From Octopus vulgaris (taxonomy: Eukaryota), in contig OX597823.1 in the NCBI GenBank assembly GCA_951406725.2, positions 107,198,001 to 107,262,000 on the forward strand: a stretch of 64,000 nt of DNA, in the 5' to 3' direction. Positions 58,578 through 64,000 of the stretch are shown here, piece by piece. Position 1 is the stretch's first letter. Every line of letters starts with the position of its first letter. A program made the position numbers and the translations under genes. Under the pieces are notes generated by a model. It made no database searches, was not told where the DNA came from, and saw only the letters and a list, made by a program, of their open reading frames with translations.

Positions 58578-60580
58578 TTCGACTTGTTCGGACGTGTTTT
58601 TTAGCTGCTGCCGGATGTCACGTCCTTCGGCGTGAATTATTGAATTTTTGAGACTCAACTACAGGTAGGCGTTTGTTGAATTTTTTTACCGGCTTAGTGA
58701 AGTTTATTGCTCTGTATTTATTATTTTTTGGAGAGTAATAGACTCCACTTTGCTCCGGACATTTTTCCTGCCTGTGGTCGAGCGTAAAGACTCACTTTGC
58801 AGTGAGAATTGTGTTTTTGTGGAGGCGTAGACCCTCCTCAAAAATTAATTGCCTTTGTGTTGGATTTACCAAGAAGCACCAAGGATAACCAAGGACTGTT
58901 TTTGCAAGGTATTTTACCAATTGGACGTTTGGCCCCCAAAAATTAATTCCTTTGCTGAATTTGAACTCTCTTCTTCCAGCTATCGTTTATTTTTAAAAGA
59001 ACTCTTTTGAACTGTTATTTTATTGTAATTCTTCTCTTCTGGTGTGTTTTCCCTTCTCCCTCTTTGTATCTTATTTATTTTTTTACACTTTTGAACTCTA
59101 ATTGGATTCTGTTTCGAAATGGCAATGGAATTTATTGTGTGGGACCTAAAACCTCCCAAAGAATATTTAAAAGAGCTGGAAAGGAAGACCGTGGTGTTGA
59201 GGATTTACTCGAAGTCGCTCGACACCATAGATGTCTTCCCGAAGGCCACAATTTTAAACGAGCTGGCGGACTACATGCCATCCATTAAATTTATCTCACG
59301 GGGAGTGAAATACGCAACGGTCTGGTTGCTATTTGGCTCCCCAAAAGAAGCTTGCGACTTTGCAAGACAGCCCCTTGAGGGCAAAGAAATATTGTTTCTC
59401 CCAAACTATATGGGAGAAAAATTATTGAGGGCTTGAATCTGCGGCCTACCACCCGGAGTTGAGCCCGAGTGGATAAAGGACTCTATCCGCCGGGGTCTGG
59501 GTGGTAGCAGTGCCAAGATGCTAAATGTAAAAGTGTTGCCTGCGGCTGATTGGGAGGGGTCGAAAGCTGTTTTAACCCTATGGACCCAATCAGCCAAAAG
59601 TCTGGTTTTTCCAGATTTCTTGAGGATGGCCGGGTCCAGGTATCCGGTGATGCTTGAGGGACGCCCCCCCCCAAGTGTCACCTGTGCCTGGAGACCGGTC
59701 ACATTAAGAAGAACTGCCCCAGGGACCAAAGTAGGATCCTGGAGCGGTTAGTATTGGAGTCTCTCCCTGCTCCCCCAAGGGAGGGAGAGAAACAGATCGA
59801 GAAAATTGCTACATCCTCAAAAAAGAAAAGAAAGATGAGCAACAATGGTGACCCACCGAAAGACCCGGGAGCTGCAGGAGAAAAAGAGGACCCGCTGTGT
59901 GCAACACATGAACCTCACCCTCCCGCGGCCCAGGGAAAAAAAAAAGAAAGAGAAACGGGACGCCGCCGGCGGATTGTAACACGCAGAAGGCGTCTCCCAA
60001 GCCTCCTCATGCGGGTGTGCCGCCGGAGGATCAATATGTGGTCCTCTTCCACAAAGGTGGAACGCTTGAAAACGAGATAGGTAAAATGGAAGGGAGAGGC
60101 CAATGGGAGGGACTTCGGTCCTGCACGGAGAACCCTGAGTGGCCTTCGCAGGTGGCTGTGGAGGTCTTATGGGATAGCGATCTGTGCAGGATCGTGAATT
60201 CCTTCCCGGAGGACTCCTTTCAATATATACCTGCATAGCGCGGCCCGACAAAGGATGATTGCCTCGATAAAGCAAGAGCACTGGTCGACCGGGTGACTTG
60301 AACTTTTTGAATGTTTTAAAAAGAAAAATTGTATCATATTGAGAAAGAGGTTCATTGCCTCATTGTGACTTTTGTGAACTTTTGTGACTTTTGTGAAATT
60401 TTGTGCCTTTTTGATTTTTTGAAAAAAGAACATTGTCTTAGAGAAGCGGAAGTCGGCGGGCGCTTGCGTCTTCTCCCATCACCATCTTCGTTCCATCACC
60501 ATCATTCATACCATCAACGTCTACGTCCAGCCCACAAAGCTACATCTATGTACTGCCTTCATGGCAAATTTAATGAATAA
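58578..60580 (+). mobile_element. ORF1-only (HAL1-like) non-autonomous retroelement with 16-bp TSD
   Basis: TSD AAGTAGCTTGCTAACC (58562-58577) and AAGTAGCTTGTTTACC (60581-60596). It has a 540-bp 5' UTR, a single gag/ORF1-like frame, no APE or RT sequence, and ends at AATAAA. Confidence 0.75.
59119..60238 (+). pseudogene. LINE ORF1/gag-like protein with CCHC zinc knuckle (one stop, two homopolymer frameshifts)
   Basis: MAMEFIVWDLK...LLRA*ICGLPPGVEPEWI...YPVMLEGRPP/KCHLCLETGHIKKNCP (C-x2-C-x4-H-x4-C at 59676-59717), then a basic low-complexity linker and a C-terminal segment. Confidence 0.78.
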
Positions 60581-60962
60581 AAGTAGCTTGTTTACCAACC
60601 ACATGGTTCTGGGTTCAGTCCCACTGCGTGGCATCTTGGGCAAGTGTCTTCTGCTATAGCTCCGAGCCGACCAATGCCTTGTGAGTGGATTTGGTAGACG
60701 GAAACTGAAAGAAGCCTGTCGTATATATGTATATATATATATGCATGTATGTGTGTGTGTTTGTGTCTGTGTTTGTCCCCCTAGCATTGCTTGACAACCG
60801 ATGCTGGTGTGTTTACGTCCCCGTAACTTAGCGGTTCGGCAAAAGAGACCGATAGAATAAGTACTGGGCTTACAAAGAATAAGTCCCGGGGTCGATTTGC
60901 TCGACTAAAGGCGGTGCTCCAGCGTGGCCGCAGTCAAATGACTGAAACAAGTAAAAGAGTAA
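60581..60962 (+). mobile_element. SINE family A, remainder (young-looking copy)
   Basis: AAGTAGCTTG...GGTTCAGTCCCACTGCGTGGC...GGCGGTGCTCCAGCGTGGCCGCAGTCAAATGACTGAAACAAGTAAAAGAG. Confidence 0.92.
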
Positions 60963-61028
60963 TATGTATGTACATATATATATATATAATAAATCTCTGA
61001 GCGAGGTATTAACAGTAGCTGCACGACA

Positions 61029-61605
<577 letters not shown>

Positions 61606-62917
61606 ACACATACATAGACACATACATACATAATACATGTATGTATATATGCATGTGTGCGTGCGCGCCAGCGCGTGTGTGTATCTACGTATGCATATAT
61701 GTAAATGTATGTCTATCAAATGTATGTCGATTATTATATACGCATATTATGGATATAGTAATTAAACAGAGAAACAAAAGAAATGTGTTTCATCTACAAA
61801 GACTGAAAGTATGTGATTATTATAGTCATTTTGGCAAAGAGTTCATGAATGTAACATTTTTTTACTATCAATACCATTGCGTGGTACGTAAGGCAGGTAT
61901 TCGATAGCCTAACCTAAAACTTGTGAGTGGTATTTGGTAGGCAGAATCTATAAGTCCGTCGTGTGTGCTGGATATATATACTACATGCCATCCAAGAAAA
62001 CAGGACGAAAGAAACACTCTCCCCCAAAAAAAACAACAAACAAACAAAGAAAAACAAAACCCCCAAAAAACCACCACCACAAAAACAACACCGAACAAGA
62101 AAAGGACCGAAAGCCAAAAAACAAACCCTGCCCAAACACTGATTTAACCCACCAACCCCACCCCCCCCCACACATCCACAAGAACCCCCCTCCCCCACCA
62201 CCACAAACACACACAAAAAAAAAACCCCCAAGAAAAACACACACACAACCACTCCCGAAAGACCAAGGAGGACAAGAAACAGACACCCACAAAAGACCAG
62301 GAAAAGAAAAAAAACACAAAAAAGACCACCACACCCGCCCCGGGAGGGAAAAAAAAAAAGAAAGAAACGGACCCACACAGAACACGCAAACTCCCAAAAA
62401 AAAGAAAAGAAAACACAAAACACAACGCTTGAAAAAGATAAAAATGGAAAGAGGCCAAAGGACCCGGTCCTGCACGGAGAACACACAACAACAGGAAATT
62501 CCCGGAGGAAATACCAAAACCACCACAAACAACAACAACCGCCCACACAAACACACACTCGATAACAAACAAAAAAAAAACACAATAAAAAAAAAACACA
62601 AAGAAAGACAAGAAGAGAAAGAGAAAAAAAAAAAACAGACACCACCATCACCACACACACCCACACCCACCATCAACCCCTACGAACACCACACCACACA
62701 ACACAAAGAGAAAAAAAGGAAAAAGAAAACCACAACACACACAGCCGAAAAGAAACAAAGTTTCAGAGCGCACAAAAGAAAAAGAAAAGACACTGAAGAC
62801 ACCCCCATATATATATATACCCCACCCCCCAAGACAACCCACCCCCCAAATAACAAAAGAACAGACACCAAAAACAGAAGACCCCCCTCCAGGCAAAAAA
62901 AAAAAAAAAAAAAAGAA

Positions 62918-63001
<84 letters not shown>

Positions 63002-63007
63002 CACACG

Positions 63008-63862
<855 letters not shown>

Positions 63863-64000
63863 CGTGTTTTTGGAGGTAACTCAACCTGACACTTATTGTA
63901 TTTACCTATTATATTTCGACATTAGATGCAATTTTAACTGAACTCGCTATCTCTCTCACTCTCTTTCTCTCTCTCCCGCTCTCTCTGTATGTGTATACTA

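Overview
AT-rich, microsatellite-saturated eukaryotic non-coding DNA. The tRNA-derived SINEs with an internal (TA/TG)n tract and the overall repeat style suggest an octopus genome; this is an inference. I recognise no host protein-coding exon, and almost all ORFs in the track are translations of microsatellites. The window is a mosaic of transposable elements: a decayed CR1/L2-group LINE, Tx1/L1-type LINE 3' ends, an R4/Dong-like restriction-endonuclease LINE fragment, two Penelope-like elements, three Tc1/mariner transposons, small Helitrons and at least three SINE families. Main observations: (1) a 2.0-kb ORF1-only (HAL1-like) retroelement inserted into a SINE head with a 16-bp TSD, sharing a 3' motif with the Tx1-like LINE; (2) two independent Tx1-like insertions, each embedded in (GATA)n on both sides, suggesting microsatellite targeting; (3) several minimal hammerhead-ribozyme motifs in Penelope-type repeats, including U3-A8 and C4 core variants, with inversion breakpoints beside the predicted cleavage sites; (4) a SINE and LINE sharing a 3' stem-loop with compensatory changes. 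Two regions (about 34.2-35.7 kb and 62.0-63.8 kb) look like assembly or consensus artefacts. All coordinates and alignments were read by eye.
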